DNA from: Geosiphon pyriformis uo1
Lineage: Eukaryota > Fungi > Glomeromycota
Length of the DNA: 64,000 nt
NCBI GenBank assembly: GCA_016748015.1
Contig: JAAOMT010000282.1
Coordinates: forward strand, 124,001 to 188,000
Direction: 5' to 3'
The position numbers and the translations under genes were made by a program. Every line of letters starts with the position of its first letter. The first letter of the stretch is position 1. Positions 1 through 15,429 of the stretch are shown here, piece after piece. The notes beneath the pieces were generated by a model. That model did not search any database. It had not been told where the DNA came from and saw nothing but the letters and a program-made list of their open reading frames with translations.

Positions 1-3000
1 ATTAAACCAAAACTTATTACTTGATTAATCTTGGTTTCCACACAATAAAGCCATACATCTCGAGAAAACAAAAGTTTGAATGTTGGATTGGTTTATTCAA
101 AGTCCAATCTAAAATACACTTGGAAGCAAACCAAATCCAAGTAATTTTATTGATGTTAAATGTCTTTGTTCAAGAAGTCTAATGACCTTATCATCTTAAT
201 TCGATTAATTGTTAGATAGTATGTCAAATTGCATCGATGTTTGTATTAAATGTTTTATTTGTCATAACGTGTTTAAATTATGTAAAGGCTTAGTTTGGCA
301 AAATACGTCACTTTGGACAAAATAAATATGGGCTTTGGATGAAAATGTTTTTTTTTGGTTCAACATTAAAATTAATATAACTTGAAATTTTAAAACAATA
401 TACATTTTTAATTTAATAAATCTATTAGCCAAGAATAATAAAGCTTGGTTTTCGGAATACTTATTTTAAAATCTTCATATTTTATCAAATTTTATAGTTT
501 TAATAAATAAATGGTATTTTTAAATAAAATAAAATAAAATAATTTGTAATATGTTTGATTTAAAAATTTAAAAATAAGTAGTAGTTCCATAATTTGTTTT
601 TAACAAAAAAAATTATTATTTTTTAATATCATATGCAAAAATTTCAATTAAAGTTAAAATATAATTAAAATATGTATATTTAATTTTTATGCTTGATTAG
701 TTATTTAATTGAATCTTGTAAAATATTTTTATCAAAGTTAAGTTTTCAAAAGATCCAGTTATTACAATTTAATTATATCATTGAAAAATATGTTTAAAGC
801 GCATTTTTTTTTTACAAAAAAATTGATAAATATATATCAAAGTATTTTTTGAAAATGTAATTTTAAACTATTAAAATCAAATTTATTTTTATTCAATTAT
901 TATTTTCAAATTAAAAATTGAAACAAAATAATTATAATGAACTTAAACACAATAAATAATATTCAAATCAAACAATTAATTTTTATTATCTATTTAATTA
1001 AATTAAAAAAATGCTTAAAATTTATATATAGTTCAATTAATTAATTTATAAAAAAAAATTTAATAAATATTAAATTTATAATAAATATATCAAAATTTTA
1101 ATGACATATAATATTCGCAACTCAATTTTTTATATTTTACAATATCAGAATAAAACATAGTTATAAATAATGTTAATTTTTAAATATAAATTTTCTCATT
1201 TTTACTATTTAAATAAGTGGGAAACAAAAATAAATTTTTAATTTTTAATTATTTATTAACGAGTGCGGCCCAACCACTATCTACTACCGATACAGCAAAT
1301 AAAATGCTCTAAAATAAATGTGGCCCATACCTTGACTATACGTGACCAGTCGCTCGGATGAATTATATATTGCTATTGAATCAGCTAATACAAAAGCAAT
1401 TACAAATTATAATTTATAAAGCATTGATATTGCATTAAATAATACAAAAAAAATAGAAAATTTTAATTATGTTAAAACAATTAATACAGAAAATTGATAA
1501 TTCAAAATATGTAATAGGAACATTTTAATCAAGACTGTAATTTTAATTGTTTGGACAGAAAAATTCATTAATTTCACAATAATAAATTGTATATTTTGTC
1601 AAAATTTTATATTATTTCAATAATTCGAAATGTAAAAAAATCTTGAACATGCTCTAATTTATTTAATACAAATAAATTATCATTTTTCAATTGAATTACA
1701 AAAAATTATGAAGTGTCAACAGATTTCAAAGACTTTTGTGTTTGCTTATTTATTTTCAACAACTTGAAACCCTATTTTTTATTGAAAATTTTTTTATCAA
1801 ATTAAAATTAAAGTATTTTGCTTTAGGAGTTTTATATTCATAACAATACTTCGCAATTTTTGATTTATTTGAGTAATTATTCGAAAGTATAGCTACAACC
1901 ACTTTTTTTTGCGAAATTCCAAGAATTATAAATAAATAAACAGCTTAAAATTATATTTCTAATATTTATGTGTTGTTTAAAATTAGGACAAATTGATATT
2001 TTTAAAATTCTATGTTTTTCAAACATTTCAATTTTCGAACTTTTGATAAATTAATTTTATTAAAAAACCAAGCTTTTTTTAAATTTCTAACTCAGCAACA
2101 TAGACTTTTCTTTTTTAATAAAATAATACTCAAAAATTGAAGAGAATCATATATTATTTAACATATTTTAAATATTAAAAAAATTTATAATAAATTATAT
2201 AAGAAAATTTTAGATTGAACTTTAATAAAAATAAACTAAATAATTTATCCCAAGTTTTTTTTTATACTTTAAAAAATTGTGATCTTTTTACTACTATACA
2301 AGTTGCAATTTCTTAATTAATCTAGGTGTAAATCATATGCTTTTTCCATATAACCAGTTATCCAGGATTATGTTAAGACTACATTATCCTATTGCATAAA
2401 GAAAAAAAAACTCTAAGCTATTCATCTCACATAGAAACTAATTTAAATTTTTAATAAAAAACCAAATTTATTAAGCTTAACTACTAATTTAATTAGCTGA
2501 AATAATTTTTGCAATTAAAATTCCAATAATTCCAATTTTGAATCAAAAAACAATTAAAAAAACCATGTAATTAAATACATAAGAAATAACAATCTTAATT
2601 TATAAAAATTAAACTAATAGAACAGTTTGTAGAAATTTTAAGCTGAAAATATTTTTCGCTAAATATTTTCTGTTTAAAGTTATCGGTTGGGTTAAAAAAG
2701 ACGATGTAATAAAGTCAAGATTTGAGAAAGGCAAGATTTATTATTCAATGAAAACGAAAAAAAATTGTTTTTTTTTCAAAGCTTCAAAAATAATAAAAAT
2801 CAGTATTTACTATATCTTTATTGCTATCTTAATTAATTTTTAATAACAAATTCAACGTTGTTTAAGTTGGATATTTTTTTCCTCAAAAATCAGTGCATAA
2901 ATATTTGCCCTTTAACTCTAGCTCTATTTTTATCGTCCAAAATTGTTGATCAAGTTTCAACTTTTCAAACCAATCATTTATGAATTTTTAACCATAGATT

Positions 3001-6000
3001 TAAAACGGCTACAACTATTATATTCAAAAACTATTTTGCTCGATCATTCATAAAACTCACCAGAATAAAGTCACTTTATTAATTTCAAAACCAAATAAAT
3101 TAATATTTTATAACCCTTATTCTCAATTTCTATCCATTTGAGATTTGGCCCAATTTCCTGAAAAACCGGTTTTAGTATAGATCAGAGGATTGTCTTGTGA
3201 AAGATTGTTTTCCAAAAGTTGTACATAACCAAATTAACACATTTTCTGAGTTTTAATACATTACTTTGACTCCATCATACTTGAAATATGGTACAAATCT
3301 TTAATATTGAATCATTTACTTTTTCTTCTATATCATTCAAAGTCTATTATTAAAAAAAATTATCACTTCAAAAATAGCATTTTACTTTTTAATGACTAAT
3401 TATGATGTTTTATAAAGTAATTCAGAAATTTTGGGTTAAAATTAATAAAAATATTCATTTGTAAAATTATCAATCATTTTTTACCAGATATATCTTCATA
3501 ATTTATATTTGAAATTTAAGCAAATACTCAAAACTAAAAAAAGTCTGCTTTATTAAAATTTGGTTATTTATAAAGCTATCATAAATTAAATGTTATTTGT
3601 TTGAAAATAATTATTCATGGCTATTATCTTGTCAGGATGAAATGTAATTTACATTTTTTGAATATATAGTATATTTTTTTCATTCTTTTTTAAAATAAGA
3701 ACACATTTTAGATGATTTAGCCTAAAAATTAATTTTTTTTACTATAATCTTTTACTATAAAACTAGTATAGTTCATCTTTATTTTTCTTATTTGCCAAAT
3801 GATTAAATTATATAATGGGCAATTAATTTCTTAACGTTTGTTTTAAAAGGTTATTAATGTATTACTTATAGTCAAAAGAACTTGTATCATTTTAAACAAT
3901 TGATTCAATAAATCGTGTATTTTTCAATTTCTTAATAAATATATCTCTTTTTGGAAAGTTTTTTTGGTTTATAGTAATTTTGTTTCTATTGATTCATTAA
4001 TTTTACTATTGACTTTATTAAAAAGATAAAAATTGCAATATATAATTTCATTTTTAAACTGGTAAATTTTTTGTTATTTCCGCTTTAAAAATTTAGGCAT
4101 TTATTTGCAGAAATTCTTTGTACCCGTGCTTAATAACCTGTTTTATGACTAACTTTAAATAATGTTAAAGTGATCTGAATTTATATATCTAACCTTTTTT
4201 AGCATTTTGTCCAATCAAGAACTTTTCCTGGATAAAAGACCTTCATATATATCCGAAAAGAAGTTTATCTAGGATAATCCCTTTTATCAATCATCTCGTA
4301 GTATTTACACACACGAGGTGGTGTGATATCCATTTCCATCGGTTGTTTGTTTAAACTTTGTAGTATCAGTTTCTTAATTCGATAAAAGATTAAAATTACT
4401 TGAAATCTTTTCATTAAAAAAATTCAGATTTCTCTAAAAAAAGTCAAATATCAACAATTGCCTTTAACCATAATTTTTTGGACTAGCAAAATTTTTGGGA
4501 ATTTCCACTGTATAAGAATAATTTTAGCTTGTATCGAAAAAATAAATAAATAAGTAAATAAGAATTGGTCGAAAAAACTCGGCGAATTAAATGAAACATG
4601 AAAACAAAATCTCTGAATTCATGATAATCAAATAATTATTGGTGCATCAAGCTACCGCTTAAGAGTTTGAATATTTGAATTGCTTGGTTAATTAGTAAAT
4701 TCCAAAAACTCTTTGTTTTATATTACTACAAGCTTTATGAAACATGTTCACTGAAGTCAGTGCCAAAAGTACTAATAAATAAACGTCTTTGATTTAAACC
4801 AAAAAATTGTATTAACCAGATCCCATAAAAATAAACAAATAAACAAAAAATAAAAGCATTCAAAATATGTATCAATCTAAAAAAAAAATAACTGAAAACG
4901 GATACATACTTTTTGGAGTGAGTTTTTAGAAATTTCTTTTTCTCATCTAAAATAGTTTTAGTCTCCAAATAAAATGACCTTTTAAAAATTATTACATATA
5001 TCATATTTGAAAAACAAGTTACCAATATGGCTCTCTTTCTATCTAGAATATTGAATGAAAATTCTAATCTTGCTTGGTTTTTGTTTGTCAATTCATTGTG
5101 TTATTTTTTTACAACAACTATTGTATGAGCTCGATATAGAGTCTGTTTTGAAACAAGATAAGTTTAAGACCTACTGCAAGCCTAAACTTTATTTTTTGCA
5201 AAAATGAAATACATCAACTCGTTTAATCACGAGGTGATTCCTTTTTAGAAGATTATTCAATGACGGCAATTAAGTCCTACTTTTCCCTAATATTTTTGTT
5301 GTTGTTGTTGTTGTTTTTGGTATAGATCTAGTATGATTTCAAATAAAGATGGCCCGATAGTTCAAATTTCTTTTTTGAGAAAGTATGTTTTCATAAGATG
5401 TTTTATCTCGGTCCTTAGAAGTTTCTTTATTTGAAACTCGGTCTAAAAAGCCATCTGAGATGTGTTCATAATTTGCTTGTTTTACATAATCAATTAAATT
5501 TTTTTTTTAAATGAGATTTTTATGTGTAATCAGAATTATGATTCGATTCAAGATGCGAAAAATTCTAAAAATTGATAACTCAAATAAAATGCCCATCGTG
5601 TATAGAAATCCTGCTTATTAAATTGTCACATTTTACCTAACACATTTCCTCAAAGGAATTCACTGCTTCAAAAATCTTATTTCAAATAATTACATGTTTG
5701 TGGCCTCCAATTCAAGCACCTTTCATTGTCATTTAAATGCTAGTTTAAGATGGCAAAATGTGAGCAATCGAAAATTAGACTATTTTTTCACGATTCACAA
5801 AAAATCGGATTGTACAGCCTATTTAATTCGCGATCTATAAAAAAAATTTTCGGATTTTGTTGGGATGCAAGAATTCAATGAGTAGAATTTCAATTGGATT
5901 TAGAAAGTTTAAAAGACTTTCACTTTGAGAGATAAATGCGAGAATTTTGAATAGGATCATCATCTCACAAAGAGGGAAAAGATAAAGTTCGTTCACTTAT

Positions 6001-9000
6001 TCATTCATTCTGTGGAAAATTTTGACGCCGAATACACAGTCTATTCGTCCCTGAAAAGGATCAAAACTCTACAGGAATGAGCTTCCTATCGAATAAGGTT
6101 TTGCGATAAAAAGATAATGAGAATTCTCGATTACTATTATAGAATTGCAAAAAAAATTGCTATAAACAAGGTGATCATATTTACAAATTAGCCACTCAAA
6201 TGATTAGGACAATTTAATTGATTTTTAACAGTGAAAAATGGACCTTTTAATTCAATTAAATGAAATTACGATCTCAATAATTCAAAAAGAATGCGTGAAT
6301 CAAGAAATGGCATTTTATCACAGTCACAATCTTTTTCACATTGGCACACAACTATCTCAAACTTTTTGAACCTCTGAAAAACAGATTGCCCTAAAATGGG
6401 AATATGAACTGGCAAAAAAATAAAATGCAGAATGTTTAATGTGTTTGAAAAAAATTAGACAGAATCATTCTTTGGAACAAGCAATTTTGAGTCCGATTAA
6501 GCAAAGATCCTGAAAAATATTTTTAATCATTAATATCATCACGAAAAAGTTTAGTGTGAGGCAAATTTTTTCTGAAATTATTCCAAACCAATCTTAATTT
6601 GATTCTAAAAAAATCTGCTATATTTCACTATTATGCAACACAATAAAAAGCTCTCGTGCATGATATGGCGGCACAAGATCTGATGATTATGTTGATCCAT
6701 TTGGCGTTTTGGATAAAATTTTTTACTAATTACTTGACATCTCCCGAATTGGTAAGAATCAACCCCATTGTTTATTTGCCTAATTGCATCTCAAATGTCA
6801 ATGCGCATTTCAAAAAAGCATTTGAATTGATAATTATGAATATGAGAAATGTTGGTTGCGAATCTGAAATTTGCCAGTATTTCTACGATTCGTAGTTTAT
6901 CGAATGTTTACACACCTGATAAGATTAGCAGCAGTAGAAATACAATGAAGGTCCGTGAACTTTGGCATTTCGCGTGCGTTTTTTGCCATGAAATTTGAGA
7001 GCAGAATTTTTTTTGACCTCTTTCTTTGGCATAATGAAAAAGCCATGTGATCATTGTCGTTCGTAATGGGGAAAGCGACACGTTTCTTGATGGGTTGCAG
7101 TTAACATAGTTATTTTTTTTTTAATCTTGATTATTAAAAAAAAATACAAGACTTGCAGTTCATTTCACCTTTTAGAAAAAACCTTTTGTGATCCCTAAAT
7201 CAAGATATAATAATGATTGAACTCTTAATTGATGAGGCAGAAAATGGTAGTTTCTTTTGAAAGATTAATAGATACCGCATAAGAAAAAAAATGAATGAAA
7301 ATGTTATTCAACTTTTCCCGTAGCATGTTTAATGGTTTTTCAACTTGAAACAACAATGATGTAACATTTATTTTGGTTATAGTTTAATATTTGCAGGATA
7401 TTCAAAATTAAATTTAAAAGTTTAAGGTTGCAATTTTTAGATGTTTCAAAGTTCAATTTTTTTTTGTTTCGTTGGCGTGAGAAATCAAGATGCAGAAAAT
7501 AATTAATAAGCAATACTTGAAATTTTTTTTTAATGACGCGCTGTGACATTGTATGTACTTTTTTCCGAGGCAAAGAAAATTTTAGGAGATTATAATTTAT
7601 GATTTTCTTCAATCAAAAATTCATGAATATTATAGATTTTAGAAACTATAATATTTTATTTTAGTTATCATGATTAGAACTAGTCATGACACTCGGTCAT
7701 TCTTTCAGGAAAGATTTGCTAAAATGATCAATCATGTTATTCAAATTTCAAAAACAAGGTTTAAAAAGCAAAGATTTGAAGATAAAAAAAGGTTTTCTCG
7801 GTAAATTTTTTATCGTACTCACTGGATTGGTTGGTGCTCCATTTTTCCTCCCGCAGTGCATACACCTTGACTGGTTAAAGCGAGAGTAGTGTTGATCATG
7901 AGATAATCCGCCAAAGGTCACGAGATGTCATTTTTTTGACAGCTATTGAAGGAATGGAGACATGTGAAAAAAAGATTGCTTAGATGCAGAAAATTTTTTT
8001 AGAAAGTTTCAAATATGGATTGTGGGAGTAGATCTTCGTCTTTCAAAGAGTAGTTGAATGCAAAGTCATATGAGGATTTTTTATTGTTGATTTGCAATTA
8101 ATTATGATTGATATAGGTTTTTTGAGAAGAATATGTCAATGGTGGATTTCTTTTACCAGAAATCAATTAATCAATGTATACTCTGACAAAAAAAAAAATT
8201 TCTACATTTTTAACAATGGTCATAACATGTATGTATACCCTGTGATGATTGATTGTCATGCTCTTGGGTACAGAATTTTTTTTTTGCCTAACATTAAAAC
8301 TTTTTTACCTTTGGAAAATTGATTCGATTTTAAAAAGGTCAAATATGATTAAAATCTACATTTTTTAGAATATCCATATTCTTCTCTAAAACCCTGCAAT
8401 ATTGTTTCTCATTTCTCACATATATTTTAAAAAAGCCATATCGTATTTGTCCTTCCAAATGCACCATAACTTATGGTTTTCTCAAATTTTGACGTGCATA
8501 AGGTACAAAATGAAGTTTATGCCGAAATTTGAACAATCGGGATATTTACAACTTTTTTACGATCCACAGAACATTAAGAATCTGTGGTAAAACAAATTTT
8601 TACCTTTTTCTTATAAAAATAGATAAATTTTTTTGTGATGGAACCACTGTAATACATGAACTTGAGGGGCATAGAACAGATAACTCAAATGAGAACAGAG
8701 ACTATCGAAACAGGGGTACTTTATCGTAAAACCGACTAATTGCAGCAGATTGCATCAACAATAATATAGTGTAATTTACCATTCATCAATTTTTGATTTT
8801 TAGCATAGAATCCTGAAAAGAAAAAAGTAAAAAAATCAATTGTAACATTTAAAAGTTTAAAAAAGTAAATAAACTTATAAAAAATTATTAATTAGACATA
8901 TCGCAGATTTTACCCCCCCTCCCCCTTCCCCCCAAAGATAGATAGTAATAAAATTTAATAGATAAAAAATATAATTCTATTTTGAAAGACCAATTAAAAC

Positions 9001-12000
9001 ATATTCAGCCTTTGAAACATCCAAAATATTTTTACTCTCCCTATTTTTGATCTGCATCACAATGACTGGCCCACTTGCATCGCATAGAAAAAATGCTGAA
9101 GATGATGTTAGGCGCCTAATCACTGAATGTCAATCTTCATATACGAAAATCATCTCAGCCGACTCCTAGCGTAAAATCAGGAAAAGATCATGAATGAAGG
9201 AATACGAAGGTCATAAGACTTTTCTGCACTTGAAAAGGGCGGATTCTCGTAAATTACAATCTTGACATATAGAAATGTCTGTGCCATCGAAGATTTGGCG
9301 GTTTTTTCACGATTCACGGCGTCTCAAAACAAGCATATTTGGGTATGTCCATTTTTTCCTGGATACAGCCTTGAAAAATTAGAGATGTTAATGACAAAAT
9401 TTTCCGATGACAATGTTTCAAATATGGTGGCTGCATCTATTTACACGTGTGATAATGGAATCAAATTTTTTCCCGACAATTTTTAGGGTAAGACTTTCAT
9501 AACGCTTATGGGATTTTTTATTATTAACTGAACACATATTATGAGTTAAATCTCTTGATCTCTACATTGGTAAAAGATTTGTTTGATTCAAGATTTTTTC
9601 TCTATTATTCTTGTTTGAAATGTTGGGCATAAAATTTTGTTTGAAATGTGTTAAGCATAATTTTGAGGCTTCAAATTAAATTTTAATATAATCTAATTTT
9701 TTCCAAAGATTAGCAAAAAAATTATATTACAGATCAAAATTTTACAAGATTTTTCAATTAGATGTCTGTGAACTTGGAATCATAAAAAGATTTACACTAA
9801 AAAGATTGAAATTTTTTCCAAGAATCTGTTCAAATTTCAAGAGATGAAAACGATTACATGCTAATTTATTTTAAAGTATAATCCATTTTGAAAACAAAGT
9901 TCCTGCAAAACCAAAGTTTGAACTTTTTCCTAGAGATATTCAATTTAAAAAATTGAAAAATAATTTTTTTTTTAGCCTTATATCAAGTGGAAAATTTCTT
10001 AATCCCAATTATTATATTTTTTTCAGATTTTGAACTGCTAAATGTTGCAAATGTAGGCACATATTTATATAAAAAGTCTTATGTTTGAAAAGAATGATTG
10101 AGTAACAAAAGGTTGACAAAATCAAAGTTGAATTCTTTATGTGATTGATAGAAATTCAAAAATTAGAGATTGCAAAGCATAAAATTTGATTAAATTTAAA
10201 TATTTTGAGTTTTAAAAGAATCCAAAGTAAAGTTTAAAATTGAAAATTCATTAAAGAGTTTTAATATACATATTAAATTAAAATATTTTTGTAATTGAGA
10301 AAAAGGGTTTTGGTCAAATATATTTTAAAAAATTCTCAATTTTGATCTAACCAGTCAATTTAAATGAGTAATTACTAAATAAATTTCTACAAGAAGTTAA
10401 TAATTTAAATTCTAGAAAGGTATTTACCAATCCCTAATTTTTTGAGAAATAAATTTAGCAAAAAGATTATACATCAGTGAATATTATAAATTCACCAAAA
10501 GATTTTTAAACTCTGAAGAAAAATAATTTTCGATTTTATTAAAGGTCAAAAATTATCAAAATTTTAAAAAAGTTTCGAAAATGAACTTTGCCACGAAGGA
10601 ATTCACTTCAAGATATGGGCTTAATTTTGAAAATAAATTCTCAGCTTGAATTCAGATTGCTCGGCTCAAATAACATTATCAGATGAATTTTTGTCAAATT
10701 CTTAAATTCTTGTCATACCAAATCAGTTGAGTGTGGAATAAGATAAAAAATTAAGTCTCATAAATAGTAAAAAATTTAGGATGTCTAAATCTTAATTTTA
10801 ACGATCATGAATTTTTTTGGGAAAACTACCGATCCGAATGTCTAAAGCATTTATGAAATATCAAATATTTTGAAAAATACAAAGATAATTTTTAAATGAA
10901 TTTATTCTTTACGACTAAAAGCTTGTTTTTTTAAAACAGCAAGAGATTTTATGTCTGATAAGCAAAATAAAAATTTTTTATTCATTCTAAAACAGTAACT
11001 TAATAAAATTTTTGAGCGAATTTGAATCCTTTAATTAATTGCATTGTTTTGAAATTAAATTTTTTTCCAAATTCTTTGCCCATTCATTTCAAAAATTCTA
11101 TTTAATCAACTAGTTTTTGAAACTCCAACCTCAACTATTGTAAATAACAATTTACAGCTCATAATCGATCAAAATTTTTCCAAAGATGTAATCAAAAGAG
11201 CAAGTTATTGATATTTTTTGCGGTCTTGAACAAAATTTAAATACAAAACATTAAAACAAAAGAGATAAAACGACGACAACAACATTATATTATGATGGAA
11301 TAACTTGAGATGAATTTTTACTCTCAAAATAAGTTTCCTTTCGAATAGAGGAAAAGCTTTGCCTAATCGTGTAAAAAACCAAGGATAATGATACCTTTCT
11401 TTACACAATAGTGAGAGTAGTGGCGTTTCCACAAGAACTCTTTGCAGGCCAAGTTTACACAAAAATAGCACGCGTTCATTTTTATAATAATAATGCTACA
11501 TATTACGGTAGCATTCTAGTAAATATTTGGATGGGACACATAAAATATGGGGAAAAAACCGGATTTTATTTTGCGGTTTCAAATCTTTAATTATTTTAGG
11601 AACTGTCAAGAAAAACTTTTATTATAAAGAAATTTACATATTTCAAAGTATTCTTATTTTTTATTATTATCAATTTTAAAATAAAATATTCCCAGCTTTA
11701 TTGAATCATCATCATCATCATACATTTTCACACTGTATGACTTTTTCTAAGGAGTAATTAGATTTTTCTGTGAACACCAAATTTTCAAGTTTGGGGCGTT
11801 TCTATTTCGAGAAATTTAGATTATTTTTAAAGCATTGTTCGTTTTTGCGTTTCACTAATTTTTATGATAATTCGTTTTATGGTATGCATCAAATTCAAAA
11901 TATGCGACAAAGCAATTTATTATTACCTTATACAAAAAATATGGTTAAAGTTAACTATTTCCAATTTTGTTAATTGGCTTTCTTCATTTTATGAAATAAA

Positions 12001-12712
12001 TGATAAATTAGATTTGATATTCGGAAATTCTTTGTTATTAGAAAAAGGGATATTAATTATTAAAGAAATTCATCACATTTATCATTCTCAATTAAAAAAT
12101 AAATAAATTAATAAACTGAAAACTATTTTATTGATATATTTTTTTTGAAAACCATCGTTGACTTTCTTTATTATAATTATTGATATATATATTAAAAACA
12201 ATAATCCTTTTTTGAATATTCTATTTTTATAGAGATTGTTTGATTTTTTTTCTAAATAAAGTCAATAAACTTCATTGTTAAAATCTTGAGAATTTTAGTA
12301 AAACAAACAATCCCTTTCAAAAGCAAAAAACAAAAATAACCCCAAATTCGGTCAATATCCTCTTTTTCTCGTACAGAAACCTGTAAAATTTATAATGGTC
12401 AAAAATGAAAATGGGCACAAAGCCGACATTAATCCTTAAAAAGCTGTCAAACAAGTTTGACAGCTTCCGAATGTATAGTAACATTGAACCTAAATAAGGA
12501 AAAGATTCAACTTTCAGAATTGATGATCTTGCGGAATTAATGATAAAAAGATGGTAGATCATTAATGCGACTATTGAGGAACACAAGAGCCTAAATATTT
12601 GCCCAGTGTGAAAAAAACCAAACAATATTGATTAGATAATTTAGTTTTAAAAAAAGATATTGTTTCGATTTTTGGTAAACTAGTAATTTGCAGGAAATTA
12701 TAATTTTAGGTA

Positions 12713-12782
<70 letters not shown>

Positions 12783-12793
12783 GTAATAGTAAT
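12713..12793. repeat. (AAT)n microsatellite
   Basis: Direct reading; one interruption and an AGT-variant tail. Confidence 0.95.
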
Positions 12794-15382
12794 TTTTATT
12801 TTAGAATAGAATTTGAAATTGAAACGTAATTTTTTCACACGTTTTTTACGATTGATCAAAGGTAGAGCTCTTTAATTGGCTTAACTACTTGGTAAAATAT
12901 GCGTTTTTAAAAAATGTGATAGATCTTATGACTTTAAGATACGCATGATTTTCATAATTGTTAGGAACTCAAGGTTTTAAACTTTTGAATGTCGAAGATT
13001 AATCAATTGTTCTAATCCGATTATTCTTTAAGTGAAAATTAAAATAAAAACCGAATTCTTTAGAAAAGTTATAGTTGAATTCTTTTAATTGGACAGAAAA
13101 AATTAATTAATTAATCAATCAATCAATTAATCAATCAATCAATTAATCAATCAATGAATCAATTATTTAAAATATTTCATTTTCCTACTACCCAAAAACA
13201 TAACAATAGTATTATAAGATTCATAAATCAAAAAAAAGTGATAAAGAACAAGAAGTTTTTTTAATATTGTTGTTGTTTTTGTTATCCATTGAAAAATCAT
13301 AACCAATTTCGTAGATTTCTTGATCGCACGTTATGCTGATGTTGTTCAAATAAGAATTAAAATTTAGACGCGTCAAGAAAATTACTTTTTTAAGAATAAC
13401 GCGTGGCTAACTCAAATTCATGAATAATGCATCTCTATAATGCACTTATCACGCTGTATAAATGACTTTTTTCTTAAAAATTTTTTGATTCAGGAATAAT
13501 TTTCTAGATGCTTAACTTTTCTAGATTCAATAATTCCTCTTTTATTGAATGAATAAAATTGAATTTTCATATTAAAAAATTATGTGATCATGAAATTCTT
13601 TTCTTGAATGAAAACTAACCCATTTTCATTAGAACTAATTCAAAAATTATCGTCACACATTGAAATTCAAAAAAAAAGGAAGAATAGCTATTAAACAATC
13701 TTGAAAAAAAAATTAATTAATTTTTAAAACTTTTTCATTTAGTTATTCTCTAAAAGAAAAGAATCTTGTGACAAAAATTAAAAATTAATCTAATGTGATG
13801 AATTACAATTCAAATCAATATAAAATTTTTATCACCATTATATATATATTAATCATTATAAAATATTTTTTCAATAATTTTTTCAATCATATCTTTTCAA
13901 AAAAAAAATTTTAAGGGGAAAAACCGGCCGAGAGAATTATGAATATATTCTATAAAATTTAGGGAAAAGAATTTTTCCACCACTAAGAACCTGAAAAAGA
14001 TCCTGAAAAAACTTTAAAAATGACGAATCATAGCAATATCTATTAGACTCCTTTTTTGTCATTTCTGTGTCATTTCCAATCTTATTCACTCATTATTACT
14101 TATGCACTCCTCGATAAATTTGCATCAAAAATCAACAAAAGAAATTTCTCTCATATTAGAAACAAATAGAATTTCAAAACCTAAATCAATTTATTGATTA
14201 GTTAGTTAATTAATTAATTAATTAATTAATTAGTTAATTTTTTTATTTATTCATTCATTCATTCATACATTCATACATTTATTCGCCCTTTTGCTCGACA
14301 ACAAGTTAAGTTGCAAAGACATTGTTCCTGAAAAATTATTAAACAAAAGGTGTCACAATTATTTCGGTGAAACTTTTTGCATGCTCATTGACATGCATCG
14401 GTCTATGCATTATTCAGTTTGAGATTCCCATGTATATTTTTCTCGAATATGGTGATTTGAAAGGTAATCAAAAAAATTAATGATATAATTGTTAAATTTT
14501 AATGGGAAATTATCAATTATTAAATCATTGATAAATGCATTTCGGCGTTATTGAATGATTTAAAGAAAAATTAATTTAAGTGAGACCGTAGAGAATCTTG
14601 TAAAACAATCATTGTTAAAAGTCTATGATGCACAACAAAAATAAAGATGTTTAATAAGTGCGGAACAATTAAAATTTTGATTTTAACTTTATAAGATTGA
14701 TTGATGAACACAAGAAGGCTTAGTATTAAATGATAGAAATTTTATTAAGTGGAAAAATCTTTAAAGAACATGATCACTTTAAGAAAAAAAGAGATTTGTG
14801 TTTTGCAAACCCCAAATTTTTTCAATTACCTTGGTATGAAAAAATAAATCAAAAAACCAATCCCCAGAATACTTTTACTTGGAAATTTTGAAAATTTGAC
14901 AGCAGCATTTAGAATTCCAAATATGTAGAGATCTTTTTATTAGTATACCTAATTTGTAAACCAAATCAAGATGAAATTCCGAGTTTTCTATTGTACAAAT
15001 TTTTATATATATTAAGCTTGAACTATTTTTAAATTAGGTTCAAATTATTTTTCTTGGATCATATAATTATTCTTTAAGTATTCTTTATGATTAATTTTTG
15101 GTCAAAAATAAAAGAAAATTTTATAATATGTGACAGATAGATTATCTCGGTATATGATGATAAAAAAAAAGAAATTTATGATTTCACATCACCTGAATTA
15201 ATTTAATAGGTTATATATACATTCTTAATCTTTTAATTAGATAAATAATTAAACATGATAAATACTAATCACGATAAAGCTTGTTTGTGTAAATGAAATT
15301 TCTTAAAGGAAACTTGAATATTTTAAATTTTGGTTAAATTTATTTTTTTAAATTTTGTTGTTACAAAAGCTGAAATTATAAG

Positions 15383-15429
<47 letters not shown>
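15383..15429. repeat. (AAT)n microsatellite
   Basis: Direct reading. Confidence 0.95.

Noticed and set aside
1261-1360. Isolated GC-richer patch resembling a 5S rRNA 5' end (TGCGGCC..ACCAC)
   Set aside because: Similarity is limited to about 15 nt, with no internal A/C boxes or 5S helices.
7821-7940. GC-richer segment ending in T7, with TTGATCATGAGATAATCCGCCAAAGG loosely resembling the 3' half of a fungal TPP riboswitch
   Set aside because: No CTGAGA junction motif, no convincing P1-P3 pairing and no thiamine-related gene nearby. An Infernal search with RF00059 would settle it.
4735-12625. Track ORFs of 60-118 aa
   Set aside because: Mostly TTG/GTG starts and F/L/I/K/N-rich composition typical of translated AT-rich non-coding DNA; no domains.
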